Shown here piece after piece: positions 18,886-29,260 of a DNA stretch of 64,000 bases. The stretch covers positions 125,629-189,628 of the forward strand of contig JBBQFN010000008.1 in assembly GCA_038321985.1 (NCBI GenBank), in the 5' to 3' direction. A model generated the notes under the pieces. That model did not search any database. It was not told the origin of the DNA and saw nothing but the letters and a program-made list of their open reading frames with translations. Position numbers and translations under genes: made by a program. Position 1 is the stretch's first letter. The number at the start of each line of letters is the position of its first letter. This DNA comes from Cyanophyceae cyanobacterium. Lineage in GTDB: Bacteria > Cyanobacteriota > Cyanobacteriia > Cyanobacteriales > Laspinemataceae.

Positions 18886-19476
18886 AATAAATGAAAGTTC
18901 CTGAGTATTTGCTGGTAAAAACCGGGTAACACCAGGGGAAATGGGTAGGAGGATTTTTGGGCATTAGATAGAGGTGATCTGGGGGAGTTGATAGCGCACC
19001 CAGATAGCGATCGCACCATTTGCCGGAAAGGGTGGTGGGTGATGAAGCCCAACCCCGTCACATCGTCCCTGGTCGTCCGATTATGTTTACACTGTACGAA
19101 GGGAATTCTTGACAATTGGTAGAGGAACGGTCACAAGTGGAACTGGCACAATTTTGGCGATCGCCTCGTGCAAAGGTCAATCAGGTTTTTTTGTTCGGGG
19201 ATATGACACTCATCGCACTGTCACCAGAACAAGCTATTCTAAAGGGTAACTTTCTGTGGGTTGGCCCCGGGGTCGGTCACAAATCCACCCAACCGCGATG
19301 GGTTAGCACCCCAGGGGAATCAGCTTTAGGTCCTCTCTAGCGGATTACAACCCCGAGGGATGGGGGATTGAGGTCAAATGTATGGATCCCTTAAGGTGCC
19401 GCCGGGTTGTCACCGCTTCGTAATATCTTGTCTATTATTAAACATTGGTTAGAAAAAACGCGCACAATATCCGTCC

Positions 19477-20574
19477 ATGATTGAAGTTGAGCATCTGAGC
19501 AAAATTTATGGCTCTACACCCGCCATTCACGATGTCACCTTTACGGTGGAGCCTGGGGAAATTTTAGGATTTCTAGGTCCTAATGGTGCAGGCAAAACCA
19601 CAACGATGCGGATTTTGGCGGGGTATTTACCAGCCAATAGCGGCACTGCAAAGGTGGCAGGTTACGAAGTCCATGAAGATTCGATGGCGGTGCGGCAACG
19701 GATTGGTTATCTGCCGGAGTCGCCTCCTCTGTATCCTGATATGACGGTGGAGGGATTTCTGCATTTTGTGGCACGCCTGAAACAAGTCCGCGCAGGCGAT
19801 CGCCCCAACCGGGTAAATTGGGCGCTCAAGCGTTGCAATCTGGAAGAAAAACGCTCGGTTCTGATTCGCAAACTGTCCAAGGGGTTCCGGCAGCGGGTCG
19901 GGATCGCCCAGGCGATCGTCCATGACCCCCCGGTGATTATTTTAGATGAACCGACGGTGGGGTTGGATCCGCGTCAAATTATTGAGGTGCGTAATCTGAT
20001 TAAAAGTTTGGCGGGAGACCATACGATTATTTTGTCTACCCATATTTTGCCGGAAGTCAGCATGACCTGTAACCGAGTGGCGATTATAAATCGGGGTCAA
20101 GTGGTGGCGACGGGTTCCCCAGAGGAGTTGATGGTGCAACTGACTGGGGGTGCATCCTATGAACTGGAAGGGGAGATGGCAGACCCTCGGGCGGAGTCGG
20201 AGGATCCAATGCAATTGCTCAACAGTTTAGAAGAATTGCCGGGAGTGCGATCCGCCGAATGGGTATCCGATGAGAAGTTACTCAGCGATCGCCGCAAGAT
20301 TCGGGCGATCGCCGAACCGGGTATAGAACCCGGTCCTGAAATCATTTCTCAGTTGGTGAAAACCGGATTTCGCGTTCATGAAATGCGGCGCACCCAAGCG
20401 AGTCTTGAAGATCTGTTTCTGCAACTGACAACGGAAGAAACTATTCCCGAGTCGGATTTGTTGCTTCCTAGTGCATCCTTTTCCGAGGGAAACCTTGAAG
20501 ATGCGATCGCGGATGCTGAGGTGATTGAAGAAGGAGAAGAAAAAGCAGAAAAAGAGGAAGGAGTAAACAATTAA
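19477..20574 (+). CDS. ABC transporter ATP-binding protein (GldA-like)
   Basis: Walker A GPNGAGKT, LSKGFRQRV, IILDEPT and LSTH motifs, with an acidic tail. Confidence 0.92.
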   Translation: MIEVEHLSKIYGSTPAIHDVTFTVEPGEILGFLGPNGAGKTTTMRILAGYLPANSGTAKVAGYEVHEDSMAVRQRIGYLPESPPLYPDMTVEGFLHFVARLKQVRAGDRPNRVNWALKRCNLEEKRSVLIRKLSKGFRQRVGIAQAIVHDPPVIILDEPTVGLDPRQIIEVRNLIKSLAGDHTIILSTHILPEVSMTCNRVAIINRGQVVATGSPEELMVQLTGGASYELEGEMADPRAESEDPMQLLNSLEELPGVRSAEWVSDEKLLSDRRKIRAIAEPGIEPGPEIISQLVKTGFRVHEMRRTQASLEDLFLQLTTEETIPESDLLLPSASFSEGNLEDAIADAEVIEEGEEKAEKEEGVNN

Positions 20575-21387
20575 ATGGGAACAATTCTTGCCAATATTTT
20601 GGCTATTTATCGCAAGGAGCTACAGGGCTATTTCACCTCCCCTTTATCTTATTTAATTGCGGGATTTTTTTGGTTTATTTCGGGTTTGTTTTTGGTGGCT
20701 ATGTTACTAGGAGACGAGGGATTAATTCAACAAGTCGCTATGATGGATTCCCAAGGGCAACAAATGGGAATTCCGGTTCCGCCCTTCGATGTCCCCTACC
20801 AATTTTTACAACAATTTTTACAAACTATCGGGTCCCTCTCTTTATTCATCCTGCCGATGTTATCCATGGGACTCTATGCGGATGAACGCAAACGCGGGAC
20901 CCTAGAATTGTTAGCCACTTCTCCAATCACAAACTGGGTTGTGGCAACAGGCAAACTCCTCGGGGTCGTGACGTTTTATACAACGATGATTCTGCCTTTA
21001 CTGGTCCTGGAAATGATTGCTATAAATGCGGCTACTCCGCCGATGCCCGTGGCGGTCCCTTTACTGGCCCATTTTGGATTGATTTTGTTGGCTACTGCCG
21101 TGCTTTCTTTGGGAATGTTTATTTCTTCTTTAACCGATAGTACAATTTTGGCGGCGATTCTGACCTTTGTAGTGGTGCTGTTTCTCTGGGCGATCGATGT
21201 GGTGGCCCAAGGAATTGGCGGGCCAGTGGGGAATGTTTTAGAGCATTTATCTATCCTTAAACATTACACGAACCTGATTCGCGGCACTTTAGATACAAGT
21301 AGTGTAATTTTATTGGTCAGTTATGGGATTTTGGGAATTTTTCTCACCGCTCAATCTATTGATGCTTTGCGCTTCCAGCGGAGTTGA
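20575..21387 (+). CDS. ABC-2 type permease (GldF-like)
   Basis: Multiple TMs, with IYRKELQGYFTSP and ERKRGTLELLATSP. Abuts the ATPase stop (TAAATG). Confidence 0.88.
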   Translation: MGTILANILAIYRKELQGYFTSPLSYLIAGFFWFISGLFLVAMLLGDEGLIQQVAMMDSQGQQMGIPVPPFDVPYQFLQQFLQTIGSLSLFILPMLSMGLYADERKRGTLELLATSPITNWVVATGKLLGVVTFYTTMILPLLVLEMIAINAATPPMPVAVPLLAHFGLILLATAVLSLGMFISSLTDSTILAAILTFVVVLFLWAIDVVAQGIGGPVGNVLEHLSILKHYTNLIRGTLDTSSVILLVSYGILGIFLTAQSIDALRFQRS

Positions 21388-21555
21388 GCTATTAGATGGC
21401 ATGAATCAGAGTCGGTTGATTACTTCCTAGATTTTCTCCTATTTTGGAGAGGCAAATTATAGAAATTGGGATAGCAATAACCGGCCCTTTCTTGAACACC
21501 GGAGAACGAGAAAAAAACTCCCCTTCCCACCAAAGTTTATTGTTTCTGATAACTC

Positions 21556-23154
21556 ATGAAAACCAACGAGAAAAAGCCGCGGGGCTTGACAAAGTATTTG
21601 AAATATGCAGTCTGGTTTGGACTGGCCTTGACGATCGCCGGGTTGATTCCGGGGCTGTTTACTGGGTGGGAACCTCTCACCAGCGGGCTGGTGATTGCAG
21701 GTTTGACCATCATGATTTTATGGCTGCTGTGGATGCTAACTAGCGCGGAAGGAGGATGGAACCTGCGATCGGCACAGGTGGGAACCAATGCCTTCGTTTC
21801 TACCCTATCAGTTCTAGTCATTTTAGGGCTGATTAATTTTCTGGGAGTCCGCTATACGGAGCGCTTTGACTTAACTGAAAATCAACGCTTTACTTTGGCC
21901 TCACAAACTCAACAACTGGTGCGAAACCTGCCCCAACCTGTTAAAGTTTGGGTCTTTGATCGCGCACCCGAACGCGGGGATATTGACTTACTAGAAAATT
22001 ATCGCCGCCAAGCGCCAGACTTATTTGATTTTCAATATGTTGATCCGGAAAAACAACCCACTGTGGCGCGGCAATTTAATGTTCAAAGTTTTGGGGAGGT
22101 GTATCTCGCATCAGAGGATGAGACGCGCCAGCAATTTGTACAAAGTGTGAATCCTGCTTCTTCTCTGTCGGAAGCGAAGCTGACCAGTAGTTTAGAACAG
22201 TTTACAAGCGATCGCACTTACAAAGTGTATTTCCTCCAGGGTCACGGGGAACGGTCTTTAGAAGCCGGACGAGGTAGTATCTCCCAGGCAGTCGCCAGCT
22301 TAGGCGAAAAAAACTTTATCACCGAACCCCTAAACTTAGCACGATTACCCCGGGTCCCCCCGGATGCCTCAGTAGTCGTGATTGCCGGACCGAAACAACC
22401 CTTATTTCCCAAGGAAGTCCAAGCGTTACAAGCCTATCTCCAACAAGGCGGAAGTCTGTTTGTGGCGATCGATCCTGATACGAAACCCGGATTAGATCCG
22501 CTGCTGAAAGAGTGGGGAATCAATCTGGATCAAACCATTGCGATCGATAATTCGGGCAGTGGTGGACTCGTCGGATTAGGCCCTGCGGCCCCTTTAATTA
22601 CTAACTACGGAGACCATCCCATTGTCCGCGACTTTCAAGGCGGTTATTCGTTTTATCCCCTAGCGCGTCCCCTTCAGCTAAGCGATGTTGAGGGCGTGGA
22701 GAGCACACCGCTGCTGCTGACTGGAGAACAAAGTTGGGCGGAGTCTACCCCAGAAGACCCGAACCTCAAGTTCGATCCTCAGACCGATCGCCCGGGACCT
22801 GTCCCCTTGGGGGTTGCCATGAAGAAATCGCTCAAGTCGGAAGCAGCCACCCCAGAAGCAGCCACTCCAGAAGAAACGACCGGAAGGGAAGCGAGACTCG
22901 TTGTGATTGGCAACTCAGAATTTGCGATTGATGGTAACTTTCAATTGCAATTAAATGGCGATGTTTTCCTCAATTCTGTAAGCTGGCTGAGCAAACAAAA
23001 TGAGCAAACCCTATCCATTCGTCCTAAAACTGTTCTGAACCGGCGGATTTCGATGACTCCGAAAGAAGCTCAGCAATTAGGTTGGGCCGCCGTAGGATTT
23101 TTACCCTTATTTGGATTGTTTACCGCCGCCAGTTTGTGGTGGAAACGACGTTAA
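21556..23154 (+). CDS. GldG-family ABC auxiliary protein
   Basis: RFDLTENQRFTLA, VYFLQGHGE, VIAGP, RLVVIGNSEF and NSVSWL motifs, with a C-terminal TM. Confidence 0.9.
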   Translation: MKTNEKKPRGLTKYLKYAVWFGLALTIAGLIPGLFTGWEPLTSGLVIAGLTIMILWLLWMLTSAEGGWNLRSAQVGTNAFVSTLSVLVILGLINFLGVRYTERFDLTENQRFTLASQTQQLVRNLPQPVKVWVFDRAPERGDIDLLENYRRQAPDLFDFQYVDPEKQPTVARQFNVQSFGEVYLASEDETRQQFVQSVNPASSLSEAKLTSSLEQFTSDRTYKVYFLQGHGERSLEAGRGSISQAVASLGEKNFITEPLNLARLPRVPPDASVVVIAGPKQPLFPKEVQALQAYLQQGGSLFVAIDPDTKPGLDPLLKEWGINLDQTIAIDNSGSGGLVGLGPAAPLITNYGDHPIVRDFQGGYSFYPLARPLQLSDVEGVESTPLLLTGEQSWAESTPEDPNLKFDPQTDRPGPVPLGVAMKKSLKSEAATPEAATPEETTGREARLVVIGNSEFAIDGNFQLQLNGDVFLNSVSWLSKQNEQTLSIRPKTVLNRRISMTPKEAQQLGWAAVGFLPLFGLFTAASLWWKRR

Positions 23155-23179
23155 ATTTCGAGAATGAACGACAAAAACG

Positions 23180-24145
23180 ATGAAATTTCAACGGTCTACT
23201 TTACTTCTGTTATTCCTGGCGGTCAGCTTTACAGGTGCGGTTTATTTCTATGAAGTTAATGTGGTGCCCTCTCAGGAAGCGGCCCAGGAAAATCAGAAGG
23301 AAATTTTTACCTTTCAAGAAGACCAGGTAAAATCTTTTGTGCTGACTACTCAGGAAAGAACATTGCGCTTTCAACGAGGGGCGATCGCAGAAAATAGAGA
23401 ACCTGGAGAACCCCTTTGGATCGTGGAAGTCATCGAGACTGCACCGAATCCAGTCGAAACGCTTCCTCCCCAGACCGTGGAAACCCCAGAAACCCCAGAA
23501 ACCCCAGAAACCCTAGAAACTGAAGAAATACCAGAAACCCTGGAAACTGAAGAAATACCAGAAACTGAAGAAATACCAGTAACTCCCGAAACCCCAGTAA
23601 CACCGGAAACTAATCCTGCGAATCCTCCTCCTATTCCCGCTACCTATCGTGCCAATGAAGCCTATGTTGCTTTCTTGTTGAATGAATTAGTCAGGGGAAA
23701 GAGCGATCGCGTTCTGAGAGCAACTCCCCAACAAATTAGAGATTACGGATTAGAAAATCCCCAGGCAACGATCGCAATTACCCTAAAAACTGGAGAAAGC
23801 TATCAACTGGCAGTGGGTGAGCGAGACTTTACCGGCAGCAATCTTTACGCCCAAGTCGATCCCCGCCCGGGTGTTCTGGTTGCACAACCTGTTTTATTAG
23901 TTTCAACCAACTTAGAAAATGCAGTGGATCGCCCCTTAGAAGAATGGATTCAAACCCCGGAAGAAAGTATCGAAGAAAATCGGAACGTTCCTGAAACATT
24001 GCCGATGGAAGAACAGAATCAACAATTGCCAAATCCCAGCCTCTTTGACCCTTCTCCAGAACCGGAAGAACCAAATCAACAATTGCCAAATCCTAGCCTC
24101 TTCGACCCTTCTCCAGAACCGGAAGAACCAATTGATGCCGAATAA
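23180..24145 (+). CDS. DUF4340-like protein with low-complexity acidic insertions
   Basis: N-terminal TM and DYGLENP motif. Occupies the usual position after gldG-like genes. Confidence 0.75.
   Translation: MKFQRSTLLLLFLAVSFTGAVYFYEVNVVPSQEAAQENQKEIFTFQEDQVKSFVLTTQERTLRFQRGAIAENREPGEPLWIVEVIETAPNPVETLPPQTVETPETPETPETLETEEIPETLETEEIPETEEIPVTPETPVTPETNPANPPPIPATYRANEAYVAFLLNELVRGKSDRVLRATPQQIRDYGLENPQATIAITLKTGESYQLAVGERDFTGSNLYAQVDPRPGVLVAQPVLLVSTNLENAVDRPLEEWIQTPEESIEENRNVPETLPMEEQNQQLPNPSLFDPSPEPEEPNQQLPNPSLFDPSPEPEEPIDAE
23480..23610 (+). repeat. Short coding repeats (ETP / ETEEIP)
   Basis: gaaacccca x3 followed by gaaactgaagaaatacca units. Confidence 0.8.
24008..24130 (+). repeat. 57-bp direct duplication (EExNQQLPNPSLFDPSPEP x2)
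   Basis: Two near-identical units start at 24008 and 24065, and a third begins after them. Confidence 0.9.
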
Positions 24146-24258
24146 AGAGGGGTTCCCCTACCCTTTCCGTTAAAGCAATTCAGGAATTGCCCCTATTTTC
24201 TGGGGGTAATGCCTAAGTCCGGTTTCTATTTAACCTAATATTTATCCCCTGTTCACTG

Positions 24259-25116
24259 ATGACCAGCCCAACTGCAACTTTACTCATTTCTTGTCCCGAT
24301 CGCCGGGGATTAGTCGCTACAATTGCCAATTTTATCTATTCCCATAATGGAAATATCATTCATGCGGATCATCATACGGATTTTGCTGCCGGTTTATTTC
24401 TGACCCGCATCGAGTGGCAACTGGACGGATTCGATCTCCCCCGGAAGGCGATCGCCTCTACCTTCCAGGAAACCATTGCTGACCCCCTCGATGCCAATTG
24501 GCAACTCCATTTTTCCGACACCATACCTCGTCTGTCGATTTGGGTGAGTCGGCAAGATCATTGTTTGTTAGATTTACTGTGGCGGCAAAAGGCCAAAGAA
24601 TTTCATTCAGAAATCCCTCTCATTATCAGCAATCATCCGGATTTAGAAGAAATTGCTCAACAGTTTGGAGCGGATTTTTATTGTCTTTCGATTACGAACG
24701 AAAACAAAGCCGTTCAGGAAGCGAAACAACTTGAATTATTGAACCATTATAATATTGATATCGTGGTTTTGGCAAAATATATGCAGGTTCTAACGGCAGA
24801 TTTTCTGAGGAAATCTCCCAATGTAATTAACATTCATCATTCATTCTTGCCTGCTTTTGCTGGAGCAAAACCCTATCATAAAGCCTATAAACGGGGGGTA
24901 AAAATTATTGGAGCCACTGCACATTATGTGACCGCAGAACTAGATGCAGGACCCATTATTGAGCAAGATGTAGTCCGCGTCAGTCATCGCGATGAGGTAG
25001 CCGATTTAATTAGGAAAGGAAAAGATTTAGAACGGATGGTGTTAGCCAGGGCGGTACGTCTGCATTTACAAAATCGCGTCTTGGTGTATGGCGATCGCAC
25101 GGTAGTCTTTGGTTAA
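24259..25116 (+). CDS. purU: Formyltetrahydrofolate deformylase
   Basis: ACT domain (CPDRRGLVA), LAKYMQVL, INIHHSFLPAF, GATAHYVT and LDAGPIIEQ. Confidence 0.96.
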   Translation: MTSPTATLLISCPDRRGLVATIANFIYSHNGNIIHADHHTDFAAGLFLTRIEWQLDGFDLPRKAIASTFQETIADPLDANWQLHFSDTIPRLSIWVSRQDHCLLDLLWRQKAKEFHSEIPLIISNHPDLEEIAQQFGADFYCLSITNENKAVQEAKQLELLNHYNIDIVVLAKYMQVLTADFLRKSPNVINIHHSFLPAFAGAKPYHKAYKRGVKIIGATAHYVTAELDAGPIIEQDVVRVSHRDEVADLIRKGKDLERMVLARAVRLHLQNRVLVYGDRTVVFG

Positions 25117-25201
25117 CCCTACAACCTCATATTAGAAATTGAGCAATCAATTACCGGGGGTCCCTGAGTTGGCTCCTGGATAATTTCTCCCTTTTTCAGA
25201 T

Positions 25202-25645
25202 TTATTTGGAATTGCCACTTACTTTAGGTTTCCCCGTGTAATGCTGAATTACTTTAACCCACAGCCATCCGCAGAAACAGCCAATAAAGTAATAGAAAAA
25301 ATCCCAACTAACAAAAGTAGTTCCTAATACTAATTTTCCGGGTAATGTGGCCCGAATGGCTTGTAAAAATGGCGGATGCCAAAGCTGGAGAACTTCTAAG
25401 ATGCAGGTTGTAATCAAAACTGCGATCGCCGCCGAACCTTTAGTAATTTGCGGCCAGATAAATACCACTAGCAGAATCCAAAAGATTTCATAAGGAATAC
25501 TGCCAAATGAATCATTCAGCCATGCTTGACCCGGACCTCGATAAAATTTAGTTAATAAGCCAAAGGGGACAATAATGGCTAGACTAATCAACAAGGCAAT
25601 GCGGTATTGGAAGAAACGATGACGCCGGGAAAAAAGAGAACTCAT
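25202..25645 (-). CDS. DUF2809-like membrane protein
   Basis: Hydrophobic, with LEVLQLWHPPFLQAIRAT and LVLGTTF motifs. Confidence 0.75.
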   Translation of the reverse strand: MSSLFSRRHRFFQYRIALLISLAIIVPFGLLTKFYRGPGQAWLNDSFGSIPYEIFWILLVVFIWPQITKGSAAIAVLITTCILEVLQLWHPPFLQAIRATLPGKLVLGTTFVSWDFFYYFIGCFCGWLWVKVIQHYTGKPKVSGNSK

Positions 25646-25930
25646 AGCAGATAAGGTTTTTAATATTTGGGTACGAGATTCTAATACGCTAATTCATTTT
25701 TATAACAACTACCCCTCCATCGTCAAGCCTAAGACTACAGCAGCTAAGTCCCCTTACAGGGGTTAGAGCAAATTTTTTTGTAACAGAAGTTAGTATAAAT
25801 ATTTCCCAAATAGGATAAAATGGTGATTAAAAATATGTAAAAAAAGACCGAGGTAGAAATTAAGCCCGGTTTTCCAAAATTTAGAGGGTTATTACTCTCT
25901 CAACTTTCTAACCCTAGTGCTTTTAAAGAA

Positions 25931-26485
25931 ATGACTTATTTTAGCGGATTAAAAGAATTTATCGCATCCTGGGACGATCGCTTTGTCGAAGAAAACCCAA
26001 CCGAGACCTTTCGAGAAAGTCCCCTTGGTAATATTAACACCGATGGGTCTGCCGCTTGTGCGGATTCCCCAATTTTATCTAAATACCATCGCAAGTTTAA
26101 AAAATCCATCGAGCCCGGTGTCCGAGACTTAACCATTGCCTTGATTCTCAAACTCAACTGCATCACTTATTCCAGTTGTCAAGGGCATTTTTCAGCCTCA
26201 AAATCGCCGATGCGGCCTCGATATGTGGGTATTCTACCCCGCGATCTGGCTGAGTATCAGGATTTATTTAATCACTTAAAAACTCTGTCAGACCTCACCA
26301 ATGCCCAGTTACCCAAAAATCCGGTTCAAGTTGTCCTAACTCCAGATACTCTAGAATCAGAAAATTTCGGGATGCCTTGTTTTAATCTGTTTTTTATCTC
26401 CCAATCTCCCGATGAATCGATCTATTTTCAAGAAGTGGAAGGGGTGTATCAAACCTTTTTAAAATTGCTGAGCGATCGCGTATAA
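25931..26485 (+). CDS. Hypothetical protein with IEPGV...ITYSSCQGH motif
   Basis: 184-aa ORF with ATG start and globular composition. No confident family assignment. Confidence 0.7.
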   Translation: MTYFSGLKEFIASWDDRFVEENPTETFRESPLGNINTDGSAACADSPILSKYHRKFKKSIEPGVRDLTIALILKLNCITYSSCQGHFSASKSPMRPRYVGILPRDLAEYQDLFNHLKTLSDLTNAQLPKNPVQVVLTPDTLESENFGMPCFNLFFISQSPDESIYFQEVEGVYQTFLKLLSDRV

Positions 26486-26515
26486 TACTAAACCCATGAA
26501 TTTAGGATAGCAGCT

Positions 26516-26719
26516 ATGACAGAAATTCCTCGGCAATTGAGTGATGATGAACTGAATGATTGGCAGTTTCGGCTCACTGAAGCAAACCGCCTGAATATTT
26601 TTTGCCACTGTCGTCGCTGTGAGGAAGAATGGGTGGATTCTGTGGATGATGCTCCTTGTAAATCCTGTGGCACTCACGATGTAGAGCATATTTCCTGTTG
26701 GCAGTTTCCCGATGGATGA
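26516..26719 (+). CDS. Small Cys-rich (zinc-ribbon-like) hypothetical protein
   Basis: CHCRRC...CKSC...CWQFPD. AGGA-type RBS upstream. Confidence 0.75.
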   Translation: MTEIPRQLSDDELNDWQFRLTEANRLNIFCHCRRCEEEWVDSVDDAPCKSCGTHDVEHISCWQFPDG

Positions 26720-26950
26720 TTGAGGGCTGAATTGGGTTATTTCAGGAATTTCTGAGGTCAAAGGCCGGATAAAATCTGCCCTTGGGTAGAAGTGGTTAAC
26801 CCTGAAATTGGTTAGGCTTTGTAAAAGGGTAAAAGGTTATTTTATTGATTTTTAACCGTAAAACCTAACTCCAGAACTTGCGGAGCTTGATTTGGAGTAA
26901 AAGGGTTCACAAAAGTTGCTAATTTAATTTACTGATTTTAAAGGAGAATT

Positions 26951-27400
26951 ATGACTAAAAATAAACAAGAAAAACTGAAAAAGATGGCCCAAGAAGAGGG
27001 CAGTGTAGAAGATTTACCCCAAGGTCAAACTGAATCGTTGGGAACCGGAGCACACGAGGGCGCGGGACATAATATCGGAAGTCGCAGCCTGAAAAATAAA
27101 ATGAAGCAATATACCCATACCAGTCCCGAATTGACGGGCGGTGATGTGGATGCGGCATGGTCGGAAGCTCAGAATGTGGGGGACGAAGCAGTGGGGGGAA
27201 CGGCACCCACTCCGGACCAAAATATTGTAGATCAAATCGGTGCAGCAGCAGGAGTGGAACAGGATGATCGCCAACCCTTGCGGATTCGGGACGAATTGTC
27301 AGAACGAGATGAAGAACGCTGGGAATTAGACCCGGAGTCTTCAGAAGAGTATGAAGTCCGGCGCGATAGTGGGGTGGATGATCCTCTCGGTCAACTGTAG
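26951..27400 (+). CDS. Acidic hydrophilic protein, DUF6335-like
   Basis: Strong RBS AAGGAG. SPELTGGDVDAAW...VGDEAVGGTAPTPDQ...RWELDPES motif. Confidence 0.78.
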   Translation: MTKNKQEKLKKMAQEEGSVEDLPQGQTESLGTGAHEGAGHNIGSRSLKNKMKQYTHTSPELTGGDVDAAWSEAQNVGDEAVGGTAPTPDQNIVDQIGAAAGVEQDDRQPLRIRDELSERDEERWELDPESSEEYEVRRDSGVDDPLGQL

Positions 27401-27432
27401 TTATTTAGAGTGACCCGGCAATTTTAAGTGAG

Positions 27433-27460
27433 AGAGCGATCGCGCGATCGCTCTTTTTTT
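27433..27460 (+). terminator. Intrinsic terminator built from two abutting HIP1 sites
   Basis: AGAGCGATCGCGCGATCGCTCT is a 22-bp palindrome followed by a T run, about 30 bp after the stop codon. Confidence 0.65.
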
Positions 27461-27734
27461 GTTGATCCCGAGGAGTCGCCTTCCTTGAGGGCGATCGTTG
27501 GTTATTTCTTCCCGGAGGCAAATTAGAAATTCGTCATTGCGAATGGTCATAATCTGAGTGAAAAAATTAAAAGGTTTTATTTTTGCACCAGTCAGAATAC
27601 AATGAAATCCAACCCCAGGTCTCCCGGATATTTCTTAATTTCTCTCTCCAGTTGGATGGGCATTTTTTGTCCTTTTTTTAAACTTTATACATTTGAGTAA
27701 TTCCATCCACAGATTAAATTTCCCTAAATCGGCT

Positions 27735-29192
27735 ATGACACAGAGCAAACTGACGATCGCCTTTCCCTTAAAAAAGCCCCCATTTGCCGACTATCTTCCC
27801 GAGGGTCAACTCTCCGGAAATTCCCTAGTTCTTCCCAATGGTAAACTCTCTAAACGGGCGATTCGCAATAGCTTACAAGCCTCTACCCTCGATGGTGTGT
27901 TTGCTACATTTTTCTCCTGCGCTACGGGCGGCGTCTTGCTCAGTAATTTTTTACTGGATCTCGGCGCAAGTAACTTTGAAATCGGCTTACTTGCATCAAT
28001 CCCGATGCTAGTCAATTTTCTGCAACCTATAGGGGCCTATCTGGGCGATCGCACAACGAGCCGTCACTGGTACACGCTCTCAATATTTAGCATTTCCCGG
28101 CTGCTGTGGCTGTTTTTATTCCTGGGAATTGGCTGGTTTCTATTGGATCCCCGGCAAGCGCATCACCTGATTTTAGGAACCCTGGTGATCGTGGCCCTCA
28201 CCCATTTTTTGGGGGCTTTAGGCAGTCCCTCCTGGGTGAGTTGGATGGCAGCATTAGTCCCCCATCGTTTGCGGGGACGTTATTTTGGGTTTCGCAACAG
28301 TGCCGCCAATCTCACTAATTTGCTGGCAATGCCAGTATTAGGGGTGATGGTTTCTCAATGGGACGGTGGGACCATTGAAGGCTATGGGATTATTTTGGGT
28401 GTGGCGATCGCCGCTGGCGTGATCAGCTTGTGCTTTCAGTTTTTGATGGCGGATGTTAACCCCCAAAGTTGGGGAAGCGACTGCCCAACCCTCAAAAAAA
28501 CTGAAGCGAATCCCGAACCATCCCCTGTCGCCCTGCCGAGCTTTCTCAAAGATAAAAATTTCCGGATGTTTCTGCTTTATTTTGGCTTTTGGATGTTTGC
28601 CGTTAACCTGAGCGCCCCATTTTTTAATCTGTATTTACTTAAAGATTTAGAACTCGATGTGAGTTGGGTGACGCTGTACAGCAGCCTCTCTGCGGGTGCC
28701 AATTTGCTGATGTTGCCCCTATGGGGAAAATTGGCCGATCGCCTGGGAAATCGTCCCCTCTTGCTTTTAGTGGGTATCCTAGTCGCCGTGACGCCCCTGC
28801 TCTGGTTGGTAACCGGAACTCATGGGGTGCTGTTGTGGGTGGGGTTGCCGGTGTTGCACCTGATTGGGGGTGCAACTTGGGCAGCGATCGATTTGTGTGG
28901 GAGTAACATTCAGATGGAAATTGCCCCGGCTAAACAGCCTTCGAGTTATTTTGCGATCGCCGCTGCGGTAAGTGGTTTAGCCGGTGCAGTCGGGACCACC
29001 CTCGGAGGCGTTATCGCCACCCAATCCGCCTTCGGAGGGTTCGCCGGATTATTTGCTCTCTCCGCTGTTTTGCGACTCTTGGCCCTGTTTCCCTTGTTTT
29101 TTCTTCAAGAACCGCGTAGCCAAAGCCTCCGCCAGATACTTGACAATTTCGCTACTTTACGGGTGGGACAGCGTTTAAAATCCGATTCATAA
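27735..29192 (+). CDS. MFS transporter
   Basis: About 12 hydrophobic segments, with LRGRYFG and WGKLADRLGNRP motifs. ATG 27735 preferred over TTG 27693. Confidence 0.88.
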   Translation: MTQSKLTIAFPLKKPPFADYLPEGQLSGNSLVLPNGKLSKRAIRNSLQASTLDGVFATFFSCATGGVLLSNFLLDLGASNFEIGLLASIPMLVNFLQPIGAYLGDRTTSRHWYTLSIFSISRLLWLFLFLGIGWFLLDPRQAHHLILGTLVIVALTHFLGALGSPSWVSWMAALVPHRLRGRYFGFRNSAANLTNLLAMPVLGVMVSQWDGGTIEGYGIILGVAIAAGVISLCFQFLMADVNPQSWGSDCPTLKKTEANPEPSPVALPSFLKDKNFRMFLLYFGFWMFAVNLSAPFFNLYLLKDLELDVSWVTLYSSLSAGANLLMLPLWGKLADRLGNRPLLLLVGILVAVTPLLWLVTGTHGVLLWVGLPVLHLIGGATWAAIDLCGSNIQMEIAPAKQPSSYFAIAAAVSGLAGAVGTTLGGVIATQSAFGGFAGLFALSAVLRLLALFPLFFLQEPRSQSLRQILDNFATLRVGQRLKSDS

Positions 29193-29260
29193 GGGCATAA
29201 TAATAAAAAGTATCGGCTATTACATTCAGGACGGCCCAGCCTTACCCGAGAGCGAGATTC

